Below are positions 47,015 through 55,931 of a stretch of DNA of 60,898 nucleotides, piece by piece. This stretch comes from Candidatus Aminicenantes bacterium (lineage in GTDB: Bacteria > Acidobacteriota > Aminicenantia > JAMOAD01). The stretch covers positions 1 through 60,898 of the forward strand of contig JALVQI010000229.1 in assembly GCA_027031485.1 (NCBI GenBank), given 5' to 3'. Within the stretch, counting starts at the first letter, position 1; each line of letters begins with the position of its first letter. A model generated the notes under the pieces. That model saw nothing but the letters and a program-made list of their open reading frames with translations. It ran no database searches and was not told the DNA's origin. The position numbers were made by a program, and so were the translations under genes.

Positions 47015-47848
47015 TTACCTGAACAATCCAAGGACCATCTGAGCGGAAGCGTTTGCCTGTCCCAAAGATGCCATACCGCTTTGCATCAAGATCTGGAATT
47101 TTGTTAAGTTAACCATCTCCTGAGCCATATTGGCATCTCTTATGATGGACTCTGCACCTCTTAGATTAATAGCCTGTGTGTTAATAATGGCTATTGAGTT
47201 TTGAAGTCTGTTTGACTGTGCTCCTAAGACACCTCTCCATCTTGAAATAGAAGCTATTGCATTTCTGATCTCTCCCAATGCAGATTGAGCATTACTTGCG
47301 GTAGTCAATGAGCTTGTAAGACCAAGGCTGGATGATGAAGCTGCTCCACCTATTGACAAGGTTATTGTACTCGCAATGTGAGTATCCCCGACATAAATAT
47401 CCTTTGTTACAGCGCCAGCTGAACTGAATAATCTCTCACCCTTAAAGTTAACCGAACTGAAGACTCTGTCAATTTCTGACTTAATCTGCTGGTATTCAAC
47501 ATCAATTGTCTGTCTTTCTGTAGCACCAACAGTGCCTGATGCAGCTTCTTCAGCAAGAGTAACAGCTCTGTTTAAGAGATCAGTAACCTTTGCCAATGCA
47601 CCGTCAGCAATCTGGATTATACCTGATGCATCGTTGGCATTTCTGTAAGCCTGATCCAGCGCATAGACATCAGCTTTTAAAAGATTTGCAATAGCAAGAC
47701 CTGCAGCATCGTCTCCGGCATCAACAATACGATAACCTGAAGAAATTCTTGCAATGGTCTTATTAAGACCAATGTTTGATGTGTAAAGATTTTGCTGAGC
47801 ATACATAGATGAAACATTTGTGATAACACTAAAAGATTGTGCTCCCAT
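47015..47848 (-). CDS. fliC: Flagellin (short, 277 aa)
   Basis: ISSGYRI..AGDDAAGLAIA, NANDA, LGAQSNRL and SIIRDANMAQEM..LTKFQIL. Confidence 0.95.
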   Translation of the reverse strand: MGAQSFSVITNVSSMYAQQNLYTSNIGLNKTIARISSGYRIVDAGDDAAGLAIANLLKADVYALDQAYRNANDASGIIQIADGALAKVTDLLNRAVTLAEEAASGTVGATERQTIDVEYQQIKSEIDRVFSSVNFKGERLFSSAGAVTKDIYVGDTHIASTITLSIGGAASSSSLGLTSSLTTASNAQSALGEIRNAIASISRWRGVLGAQSNRLQNSIAIINTQAINLRGAESIIRDANMAQEMVNLTKFQILMQSGMASLGQANASAQMVLGLFR

Positions 47849-47876
47849 AAAGCACCTCCTCCTTAAGGTTTTTTTC

Positions 47877-47890
47877 GGGCATCCTTGCCC
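47877..47890 (-). promoter_or_regulatory. CsrA-type binding hairpin in the flagellin leader
   Basis: The minus strand reads GGGCAAGGATGCCC, a stem with GGA in the loop, upstream of the AAGGAGGAGG RBS. Confidence 0.7.
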
Positions 47891-47910
47891 TGATTAAATT
47901 TACATTTATA

Positions 47911-47937
47911 TATTCGTAAAAAATAAAAAAAACTTTA
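47911..47937 (-). promoter_or_regulatory. Sigma28 (FliA)-type promoter
   Basis: TAAA-15 nt-TACGAATA upstream of the flagellin gene (consensus TAAA-N15-GCCGATAA). Confidence 0.6.
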
Positions 47938-48019
47938 TGGTATTTTAAAAAATTTCCTTAAAAAACCATATTTTCCACAGAGTTAAAAATAAAGATTTTA
48001 TATGATATAATTTAAGCCA

Positions 48020-49450
48020 ATGTATAAAAGTGTAATAGGACTGGAAATTCATGCACAATTGCTAACAAAGACAAAGCTCTTTTGCTCATGCTCAACAAAT
48101 TACGGAGAGCCACCTAATACAAATGTTTGTCCTGTATGTCTCGGGTATCCGGGAGCATTGCCGGTCCTTAACAAAGAGGCCGTTAATATGGCTGTAAAAG
48201 CTGCCCTTGTTTTGAATTGTAAAATAAACAGATTCTCTTCCTTTGATAGAAAAAACTATTTTTATCCTGACCTTCCCAAAGGTTATCAGATTACTCAATT
48301 TTTCAAACCATTCGCAGAAGATGGCTATCTTGAAATTAACCTAAGAGGGAAAAAGAAAAAGATAAGAATAGAGAGAATTCACATTGAAGAGGATGCCGGA
48401 AAATCAATACATAATAAGGAAACAAATAAAACATTCGTGGATTTTAACAGAAGCGGTGTTCCTTTAATTGAAATTGTCACAAAACCCGATATGGAAAGCC
48501 CTGAGGAAGCGGCGGAATTTTTAAAAACCCTCAGACAAACTCTTATGTATATTGATGTCAATGATGGAAATCTTGAAGAGGGAAGCTTAAGATGCGATGC
48601 AAATGTTTCCATCCATAAAGAAAATGAACCGCTCGGAACAAGGGTGGAAATAAAGAATCTGAACTCTTTCAGATTTATCCAGAAAGCCATAAAATATGAA
48701 ATAGAGGATCAAAGAAAAAAACTTGAATCCGGAGAGAAGGTATTCTTTGAAACAAAACTTTATGATTCAAGGAAGAATAAGACTTATACGATGAGATCAA
48801 AAGAGGAGCTTTTAGACTACAGATATTTTCCCGAACCAGATTTACAAATTCTTGAAATAAAAGAGGAAGAAATTGAAAATATAAAGAGTGAAATAGATGA
48901 ACTTCCCGTTCAAAAAGCTGAAAGATTTATGAGTGAATACAAACTCAGTTTTGATGATGCTTTTTTGCTGACATCTTCAAAATATCTTGCAAACTATTAT
49001 GAAAAAATTATCTCCCATAATAAACTCCCGAAAAAAACAGCAAATTGGCTTCTTTCAGAACTTTTAAGATATGTGAAGGATATTGATACTGAGTTTGTTA
49101 ACCCTCCTGTAAGTCCCGAAAACTTTGCAAAATTCATTGAAAAGATAGAGAAAAGAGAAATTACAGGCCCCATTGCAAAGGAGATTTTACCTGAACTTCT
49201 GAAGAGTAAAAAGGATGTTGAAACAATAATAAAAGAAAGAGGAATAAAGAGCATTAGCTCGGATGAGGAAATATTAAATATTATAAATCAGGTTCTTGAA
49301 GATAATCGCGAACAGGTAATCAGATATAAAGAAGGGAAAACAAAACTTTTCGGTTTTTTTGTAGGGCAAGTAATGAAAGCAACGAAGGGTGCCGCAGATC
49401 CTCAAAAAGTGAATACCTTGTTAAAGGAGGCTCTTAATGTATCTAAGTAA
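48020..49450 (+). CDS. gatB: Asp-tRNA(Asn)/Glu-tRNA(Gln) amidotransferase subunit B
   Basis: IGLEIHAQL, DRKNYFYPDLPKGYQITQ, EEDAGK, LRCDANVS and YRYFPEPDL. Confidence 0.97.
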   Translation: MYKSVIGLEIHAQLLTKTKLFCSCSTNYGEPPNTNVCPVCLGYPGALPVLNKEAVNMAVKAALVLNCKINRFSSFDRKNYFYPDLPKGYQITQFFKPFAEDGYLEINLRGKKKKIRIERIHIEEDAGKSIHNKETNKTFVDFNRSGVPLIEIVTKPDMESPEEAAEFLKTLRQTLMYIDVNDGNLEEGSLRCDANVSIHKENEPLGTRVEIKNLNSFRFIQKAIKYEIEDQRKKLESGEKVFFETKLYDSRKNKTYTMRSKEELLDYRYFPEPDLQILEIKEEEIENIKSEIDELPVQKAERFMSEYKLSFDDAFLLTSSKYLANYYEKIISHNKLPKKTANWLLSELLRYVKDIDTEFVNPPVSPENFAKFIEKIEKREITGPIAKEILPELLKSKKDVETIIKERGIKSISSDEEILNIINQVLEDNREQVIRYKEGKTKLFGFFVGQVMKATKGAADPQKVNTLLKEALNVSK

Positions 49451-50312
49451 TTTTACATCTGACGCAAAAGTGGAAAAAGGAGCATACCCTGAAGAATTGA
49501 TTGAAAAGTTAAAAAGTAAAGCAAGAAAGGTAAGAATTGAGATTGTCAAATCAATTTACAAAGCTCAGTCAGGACATCCGGGAGGCTCTTTATCAGCCAC
49601 TGATATTCTTGTTGCTCTCTTTTTCCACAAAATGCACTTTCATCCGAAAGATTTGCACTGGAAAGACAGAGATCTTTTTGTTCTTTCCAAAGGACATGGA
49701 GTTCCCGCTCTTTACGGTGTATTTTCAGAATTAGGGATTATTAAGGAAGAGGAGCTCTCCCATTTAAGACAGGTGGGAAGCATCCTCCAGGGTCATCCTG
49801 ACAGATTAAAAACCCCCGGAATAGAAGCTTCAACAGGTTCTTTAGGACAGGGACTTTCCATTGCGCTGGGAATGGCTCTTTCAATAAGATTAAACAAATC
49901 AAAGAGAAAGGTATATGTAATGATGGGAGACGGAGAAATGCAGGAGGGACAGATATGGGAAGCAATGCTCAAAGCGGGAAACGAACACCTTGATAATCTC
50001 GTTGGTATTATTGATTACAATGGCATACAGCTTGACGGAATGGTAAAAAAGATAGATGATCTTGCTCCCTTAAAAGATAAATGTAAAGCATTCAAATGGG
50101 AAACAGTCGAAATAGATGGTCACAATTTTAATGAGATCCTATGGGCTCTGGATGAAGCAGATAAGAATAAAGGCAAACCTTTTATGATAATAGCTCATAC
50201 TATTAAAGGTAAGGGAGTCTCCTATATGGAAAACAATCCGGCGTTTCACGGTAAAGCTCCCAATGAGGAACAGTACGAGCAAGCTTTAAAGGAGTTGGGA
50301 GCCACCGAATGA
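49437..50312 (+). CDS. Transketolase, N-terminal (ThDP-binding) subunit
   Basis: SGHPGGSLS, LSKGH, LQGHP, STGSLGQG, GDGEMQEGQIWEA and TIKGKG. Confidence 0.93.
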   Translation: MYLSNFTSDAKVEKGAYPEELIEKLKSKARKVRIEIVKSIYKAQSGHPGGSLSATDILVALFFHKMHFHPKDLHWKDRDLFVLSKGHGVPALYGVFSELGIIKEEELSHLRQVGSILQGHPDRLKTPGIEASTGSLGQGLSIALGMALSIRLNKSKRKVYVMMGDGEMQEGQIWEAMLKAGNEHLDNLVGIIDYNGIQLDGMVKKIDDLAPLKDKCKAFKWETVEIDGHNFNEILWALDEADKNKGKPFMIIAHTIKGKGVSYMENNPAFHGKAPNEEQYEQALKELGATE

Positions 50313-50998
50313 TTCAATTCTCCTCAGTTTACAAGAGCTATGTCAGAGGAGAGTATGCCCTTGAAGACATTTCATTTAAAATAAGAAAAGGAAAATTTTT
50401 CTTTATAACCGGCCACAGTGGTGCAGGGAAAACAACCCTACTAAAATTAATAACTAAAGAGATCAAACCGACAAAGGGTGCGATTCTGATTGAGGGAAAG
50501 AATATATCGGTTCTATCTGATAGTAAAATATATAAATTCAGGAGAGAAATAGGTATAGTTTTTCAGGATTTCAGATTGATGGAAAACAGATCCGTATTTG
50601 AAAATGTCGCTATTTCTTTAAAAATAAGGGGAATGTCAATAAGAAATATAAAAAAGGAGGTACTTGAAGCTTTGAGATGGGTGGGAATCCATCAAAAGAT
50701 CTGGAAACCAACAAAAACACTTTCCGGAGGAGAACAGCAGAGAGTTGCAATCGCAAGAGCAATAGTAAGCAATCCGAAGATTATCCTTGCGGATGAACCT
50801 ACTGGTAATCTTGATGAAGAAATTTCCTATGAAATAATGGAAATGTTTAAAAGGTTAAATTCAAGGGGAGCAACCATTGTAATAGCGACCCATGATAAGT
50901 TAATTCTTGAAAGATATGCAAAAAACAATAATATCCTTGTTCTGAAAAAGGGAAGGATTAAACAAATCATTAAAAGAGATGAAAGTCTTTTTGCTTAG
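50309..50998 (+). CDS. ftsE: Cell division ATP-binding protein FtsE
   Basis: [30 protein letters not shown] and ADEPTGNLD; upstream of ftsX. Confidence 0.93.
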   Translation: MIQFSSVYKSYVRGEYALEDISFKIRKGKFFFITGHSGAGKTTLLKLITKEIKPTKGAILIEGKNISVLSDSKIYKFRREIGIVFQDFRLMENRSVFENVAISLKIRGMSIRNIKKEVLEALRWVGIHQKIWKPTKTLSGGEQQRVAIARAIVSNPKIILADEPTGNLDEEISYEIMEMFKRLNSRGATIVIATHDKLILERYAKNNNILVLKKGRIKQIIKRDESLFA

Positions 50999-51872
50999 AT
51001 ATATTTTGGAAGATAGTGTAGCAAGTTTTAAAAATCAGAAATATTTGAACATTCTCTCTCTCGTAACAATAATTTTCACATTTTTTATCATAAACATATT
51101 CTTTTTTCTTAATTATAATATCTCGGATTTTATAAAAAAGTTTGCCTCAAACTATAAAGCCGAAGTATATCTATTTGATAGGAAAGACTCCAACTTTGAT
51201 TTTGAAAAATTAATCGATAGGAATCTTATTAAGGAGTATACCTACATTAGCAGTCAAAAAGCAATGGAAATCTTCTTGAAAAATTTTCCTTCCTTGAAAT
51301 CAACAATAAAAGAAATCGGGGAAAATCCCTTTCCTCCATCAATAAGAATTGAGTTCAAAAGCAAAAACAAAAAAAAGATCACCGAATTTTTGAATAAAAT
51401 TAGAAATCACAGAGAAGTAAAAGAGATAAAAACCAATTTTGAGCTTCTGGATAAAATATCCGGTGTAAAGAAAATAGTTTTCTTGTTAGGTGTGTTTTTT
51501 GGCTCAATTCTTCTGTTTACATCATTTTTCACAATTGTCAATATAATAAAAATAGTTGCTTATTCAAGAAAAGAGGATGTGTTAATATTGAGGATGATAG
51601 GAGCTTCAAACTTTTATATTGAGGCACCCCTCATATTAAATGGTATTTTTTTAGGAATATTGGGAGCAATAGTTTCCATTTTATTATTTGAAATATCAGT
51701 TAAAATATTACCAATTTATCTAAAAAGCTTTTATCAATATTTAAAACCTGTACTCGCTACTTCCTCACTATCTTTAAAATATTATTCGTATCTTATCCTT
51801 TCAGCCATCTTAATCGGCGGACTTTCGGCCTATACATCGGTTTACAAATTCATTCATCTTGAAGAAGAGTAA
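50979..51872 (+). CDS. ftsX: Cell division permease FtsX
   Basis: Four-TM layout, ENPFPPS and RKEDVLILRMIGASNFYIEAP. Confidence 0.9.
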   Translation: MKVFLLRYILEDSVASFKNQKYLNILSLVTIIFTFFIINIFFFLNYNISDFIKKFASNYKAEVYLFDRKDSNFDFEKLIDRNLIKEYTYISSQKAMEIFLKNFPSLKSTIKEIGENPFPPSIRIEFKSKNKKKITEFLNKIRNHREVKEIKTNFELLDKISGVKKIVFLLGVFFGSILLFTSFFTIVNIIKIVAYSRKEDVLILRMIGASNFYIEAPLILNGIFLGILGAIVSILLFEISVKILPIYLKSFYQYLKPVLATSSLSLKYYSYLILSAILIGGLSAYTSVYKFIHLEEE

Positions 51873-51889
51873 GAAATTTAACATTAAAA

Positions 51890-52429
51890 CTAAAAAATCA
51901 TGAATTCATTGGTTCCGGAAAACTCACTCTCTGAAAAAAGGTCATAATAACTTTTGTTAATAAAATCCGATGGGGAAAAGCCGAGTCTCTTAGCATAAGT
52001 CTCAATGAACTCTTTGCTTCCCTCAATTTCAATAAAATTTCCTATCGGAGTTTTATCAAGGCAGATATGATTGAAGGAAAGCGAATAGGTCTTTCTATAC
52101 TTTTGATATCTGAAAAATACCTTCATCCCCATATTCTCAAGTATAAGCCGCATTCTCTTGAAATCATCAACAATAACCTCTGTCTCCTCTCTCTCTTTGA
52201 AAAGGCCATCCTTTTTCCTGACTTTACTTTTAAAAGTTAAAATAAATCTTTCTCCCTCCCCTCTTAATCTTAACAATTTACCACTCTTTTTTAATGAAAG
52301 ATTATCATAATCAAACACAAGGTTATCTTCAAAGATCCAATCACTCACAAGATCCCATTTAAAACCATTTAAAGTTTTTTCAATTTCTTCAAAATCCTCG
52401 ACCTTTATTTTAACCTCAATTTCTCTCAT
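51890..52429 (-). CDS. CYTH domain protein (class IV adenylate cyclase-like)
   Basis: EIEVK, LLRLR, LTFK, REETE, KYRKTY and FIEIEG. Confidence 0.9.
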   Translation of the reverse strand: MREIEVKIKVEDFEEIEKTLNGFKWDLVSDWIFEDNLVFDYDNLSLKKSGKLLRLRGEGERFILTFKSKVRKKDGLFKEREETEVIVDDFKRMRLILENMGMKVFFRYQKYRKTYSLSFNHICLDKTPIGNFIEIEGSKEFIETYAKRLGFSPSDFINKSYYDLFSESEFSGTNEFMIF

Positions 52430-52438
52430 TTTTTTATC

Positions 52439-53416
52439 TTAAGGATTTTCTATCAATTCCTTTAAAGTTTCTAAATCTCCTTTTCGCTCTATTTCTAAAA
52501 CTGATTTTAAAAGCTTTTTTGCATTAACAAAAAAAGTTTTTTTATCCCTTTTCTTACCTCTTTTTTTCCCAAAATACAATTTAACAAATGAAAACACTCT
52601 TTTATTGACACTTATGTCTTTAAAGAATACTTCGGGTATTATTTTCTGAACATCCTTATCCAACACCTCTTCCCCGACAAGATATTTAAGAAAAAGAGCC
52701 CCCATTAATCTTATCTTCATATTTTCCAAAAAAAGATATTTATCTTTAAGTCTATCCTTCACCTTTATGATAAAAAACTTATTATCAACAAAAAAGGGTC
52801 CCATTGCTGCGGAAATAATCTTACCTAAAGTATAAAATATGTAAATTTCACTATTTAACTTATCTTTATCATCATAAGAAAAAACAACAAAAGGTGTTTT
52901 CCAGTTCTCCTCATTTTTGATAAAAATGAATTTTTTATCACTGTTTAACAATTTTCCGCCAATTAAAGTCGGAGAAAAACCTTTTACTTTGAAATATCTA
53001 TCAATCCCCTCTTCTTTCAGAAAATCCTTATAAAATTTCAATCCTTTTACCAGTTTTTTATTCAGACTCTCTTTTTTGATCAAAACAGCTGTCTTAATTC
53101 CATTCTCTTTATCTCTAAAAAAAACAATACCATCATTTAACCCATTACCTGAAAAAAGAAGATAATTAATCTTTTGATAATCTTTGTTTTGAAGATTTTC
53201 AAGAAAACTATTTAAATATCTCTTTTCATTTTTATCTTTTATGTTTTTTGTTTTTAAAATCATATCCACATTAAAATTACCATTATTTACAGAGTCCGAG
53301 ATTTTTATCAATAGAGCAGTAAAAGCATTATCTCCGGACGAAAGTGTTTCCCCTCTGATTAGATTAAAAGATAGAAAAAAAACAGAAATAAAAAAAATGA
53401 TTTTGTATTTTTTCAC
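52439..53416 (-). CDS. Secreted hypothetical protein
   Basis: 325-aa ORF with a GTG start 6 nt after TATAAT; signal peptide. Confidence 0.65.
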   Translation of the reverse strand: MKKYKIIFFISVFFLSFNLIRGETLSSGDNAFTALLIKISDSVNNGNFNVDMILKTKNIKDKNEKRYLNSFLENLQNKDYQKINYLLFSGNGLNDGIVFFRDKENGIKTAVLIKKESLNKKLVKGLKFYKDFLKEEGIDRYFKVKGFSPTLIGGKLLNSDKKFIFIKNEENWKTPFVVFSYDDKDKLNSEIYIFYTLGKIISAAMGPFFVDNKFFIIKVKDRLKDKYLFLENMKIRLMGALFLKYLVGEEVLDKDVQKIIPEVFFKDISVNKRVFSFVKLYFGKKRGKKRDKKTFFVNAKKLLKSVLEIERKGDLETLKELIENP

Positions 53417-53485
53417 GAAAAAATTATATGTTAATTAATACGGTTTGTAAATAGAAAGCGAAAGTCGAAGGAAACAGAAGTTTCA

Positions 53486-54100
53486 CTATTCCTGTTTAAT
53501 AAAAACTCTTCTTCCCCTGATTTCAAGTTTTCCCTCAAAAAAAAGTCTGACAGCTTCAGGATAGATTCTATGCTCTTCGCGCAAAATCCTTTCGGAAAGA
53601 GACTCCTCAGTATCATCCTGATAGACAGGAACAACAGCCTGCAAAATAATAGGCCCATGGTCCATCTTTTCATCAACAAAATGAACCGTACAACCTGAAT
53701 ATCTGACACCGTATTTTAAAGCCTTTCTCTGGGCATGTAATCCGGGAAAAGAGGGTAAGAGAGCGGGGTGAATGTTCATTATTCTATTTTTAAAGGAGGA
53801 CACAAACTCTTCCCCGACAATTTTCATATATCCTGCGAGGAGAACAAGATCCACGGCTTTTCCCTTTAATATATCAATAATTTTCCTGTCATAATCTTTT
53901 CTTGAAGGAAAAGATTTGATATCAAGGGAAACAGTTTCTATCCCATTCTCTTTTGCAAACTCAAGCCCTTGTGCATCCGCATTATCAGAAATCACCACAA
54001 CTATTTCAGCCTTTATTTCTCCGCTTTTGACCTTTTCAAAGATTGCCTTAAAATTTGAACCTCTCCCAGATAAAAGAACTCCTATTTTACCTTTTTCCAA
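53486..54100 (-). CDS. purN: Phosphoribosylglycinamide formyltransferase
   Basis: LSGRGSNF, LAGYM, NIHPALLPSFPG and GCTVHFVDEKMDHGPII. TTG 54100 follows GAGGAGG. Confidence 0.95.
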   Translation of the reverse strand: MEKGKIGVLLSGRGSNFKAIFEKVKSGEIKAEIVVVISDNADAQGLEFAKENGIETVSLDIKSFPSRKDYDRKIIDILKGKAVDLVLLAGYMKIVGEEFVSSFKNRIMNIHPALLPSFPGLHAQRKALKYGVRYSGCTVHFVDEKMDHGPIILQAVVPVYQDDTEESLSERILREEHRIYPEAVRLFFEGKLEIRGRRVFIKQE

Positions 54101-54779
54101 GCTTTGCCTCCTCAACTATTTTGTCTATTATTTTTACTAATTTAAAAGGTTTGCCTTCCTTATAAAATTTTTCATAAATTCTCTTTGCAAATTCAAATTC
54201 ATCTTTACGGTCCACTGTAATACTTAGCTCCGGATGATTCAGCTCCTTTGGAACAGATGGATAGGCACACTTAAAAAGCCTTGGTTCTTCCTTCATAAAT
54301 AGTGTCACATGCTCTCTATGTCTGTCTTCAACAGATAATTTGTAGGAAAGCTCAAGGGCTTTGTCCGTGAAAATTTCAACGGCTCCCCCTCTTGGCATTC
54401 CCTTTTCAACAGCATAATCAAAATTATGTGTTAGCATAAAATTTATTAATCTTTCCGCTGACTCAAAATCAACAAGAGGATTATCTGCGGTTGCTCTTAT
54501 ATAAAAATGCGATGGATAAAGCTTTGAAACCATATAATATCTTCCAAGAACATCTAACTCAGAGCCTTTAACACAATCAACATCCAATTGTTTTGCTATT
54601 TTGCAAAGTTTTGAATCCTCTTCGGTGTCCGGAATAGCGAGAATAACCATAGAATTTTTTGCAAGTTTCAGCCTTTCAATAATATAGTAGAGCATCGGTT
54701 TTCCCAAAATTTCCATTAAAACCTTACCCGGTAATCTTGTGGAGCCTACCCTCGCCTGTAAAATTATAGGAACTTTCAA
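54087..54779 (-). CDS. SpsF-like sugar cytidylyltransferase
   Basis: QARVGSTRLPGKVL, GSELDVLGRY, RATADNPL, REHVT and TVD. Confidence 0.88.
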   Translation of the reverse strand: MKVPIILQARVGSTRLPGKVLMEILGKPMLYYIIERLKLAKNSMVILAIPDTEEDSKLCKIAKQLDVDCVKGSELDVLGRYYMVSKLYPSHFYIRATADNPLVDFESAERLINFMLTHNFDYAVEKGMPRGGAVEIFTDKALELSYKLSVEDRHREHVTLFMKEEPRLFKCAYPSVPKELNHPELSITVDRKDEFEFAKRIYEKFYKEGKPFKLVKIIDKIVEEAKLGKR

Positions 54780-55762
54780 TTTCTATCCTCTTTTTCCAAT
54801 TTAAAAAATACACTATCTTCAAAGCTTGACATATAGAGCCCTTCTTCAAATTTACCTATGAAAGGTTTTATCCTTTCTCCGTTAACAAGCCTCAGAAGAA
54901 TCTCCATAAAATTCACTCCTGCAGCCTTTGTAAGCTGAATTCCTCCGGAAAAACGGGGATTAATCTCCGTAAAATATAGCTTTGAATTATCAGTTAAAAA
55001 ACCCTGAATATTCGCCGGTCCTTTTATTTCAAGAGCTTCGGCTATCTTTCTGGAGCTTTCGATTATCTTTCTGTTATAAAAAGTTTGACCTCTGTCCGAT
55101 ATGCCCGCTCTCACAGTCAACCTTTTTCTCGGTACTATGCTTAAAACAGTGCCATCAAAATCAGAAATCAAATCCACCGTAAACTCCTGACCTTTTATAT
55201 ACTGTTGAATAACAGGCTCCTTTACCTTTTTCAAATAAAAGTAAAGCTCTTCCTTATCTTTGATTTTATGACAATTAATGCTTCCCCTCCCGTACCTTGG
55301 CTTTATGAATAACGGAAATTTCAGACTCTCAACGGGGGGAAGATTATCCTTTGTCCAGGTCTCAGGTGTTTTAATTGAAATACTCTTAAAAAACTCAAAA
55401 GTTTTTATCTTATCATTTGAGATTAAAGCTGTTTTTTCCCCTGAACAGGCAACTATCACTTCCTTTTGAAGATATTCACTTTTTCTGCTCCCCCATAAAG
55501 GAAGTTCCAGATCCATAGTCGGAATCACGAGTTTTATTTTCTCTTTTTCGATTATCTTATCAAGCTCATGAAAATATTGAGGATCCTCTATAAGAGGAAC
55601 AATATATTTTTTATCCGCAAATCTGAGAGCAGGAGACAAAGGGTCACAATCAACGGCAATAACCTTTCCCATAAAATCAAATTTTCTTTTTAATTCAACA
55701 AAACCTCTTAGAAGAGCCACCTTCCTTGAAGCAGCAGTAATCAAAACATTTATTTCAGACAT
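54776..55762 (-). CDS. ATP-grasp domain protein (polysaccharide-biosynthesis type)
   Basis: NVLITAA, DK..TF, FIKPRYGRGS, QQYIKGQEFTVD and EINPRFSGG. Confidence 0.88.
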   Translation of the reverse strand: MSEINVLITAASRKVALLRGFVELKRKFDFMGKVIAVDCDPLSPALRFADKKYIVPLIEDPQYFHELDKIIEKEKIKLVIPTMDLELPLWGSRKSEYLQKEVIVACSGEKTALISNDKIKTFEFFKSISIKTPETWTKDNLPPVESLKFPLFIKPRYGRGSINCHKIKDKEELYFYLKKVKEPVIQQYIKGQEFTVDLISDFDGTVLSIVPRKRLTVRAGISDRGQTFYNRKIIESSRKIAEALEIKGPANIQGFLTDNSKLYFTEINPRFSGGIQLTKAAGVNFMEILLRLVNGERIKPFIGKFEEGLYMSSFEDSVFFKLEKEDRN

Positions 55763-55931
55763 CTTTTATATTTTAAACCATAGTATCCGGCTTGTCCATA
55801 TTACCTGATTAGTAATTTTTAAGCCCGATTTATTTCTGTTGCTAATACATTTTAATAATGATAACATAAATATTAATAAGTATTAATTTTAATAACTGAC
55901 ATTTTTTACATTTATTGATTTAGGAGGAATA

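Noticed and set aside
55872-55887. ATTAATA-AG-TATTAAT palindrome upstream of fbp as an operator or Fur box
   Set aside because: The arms are all A/T in a very AT-rich spacer, so it is likely to arise by chance.
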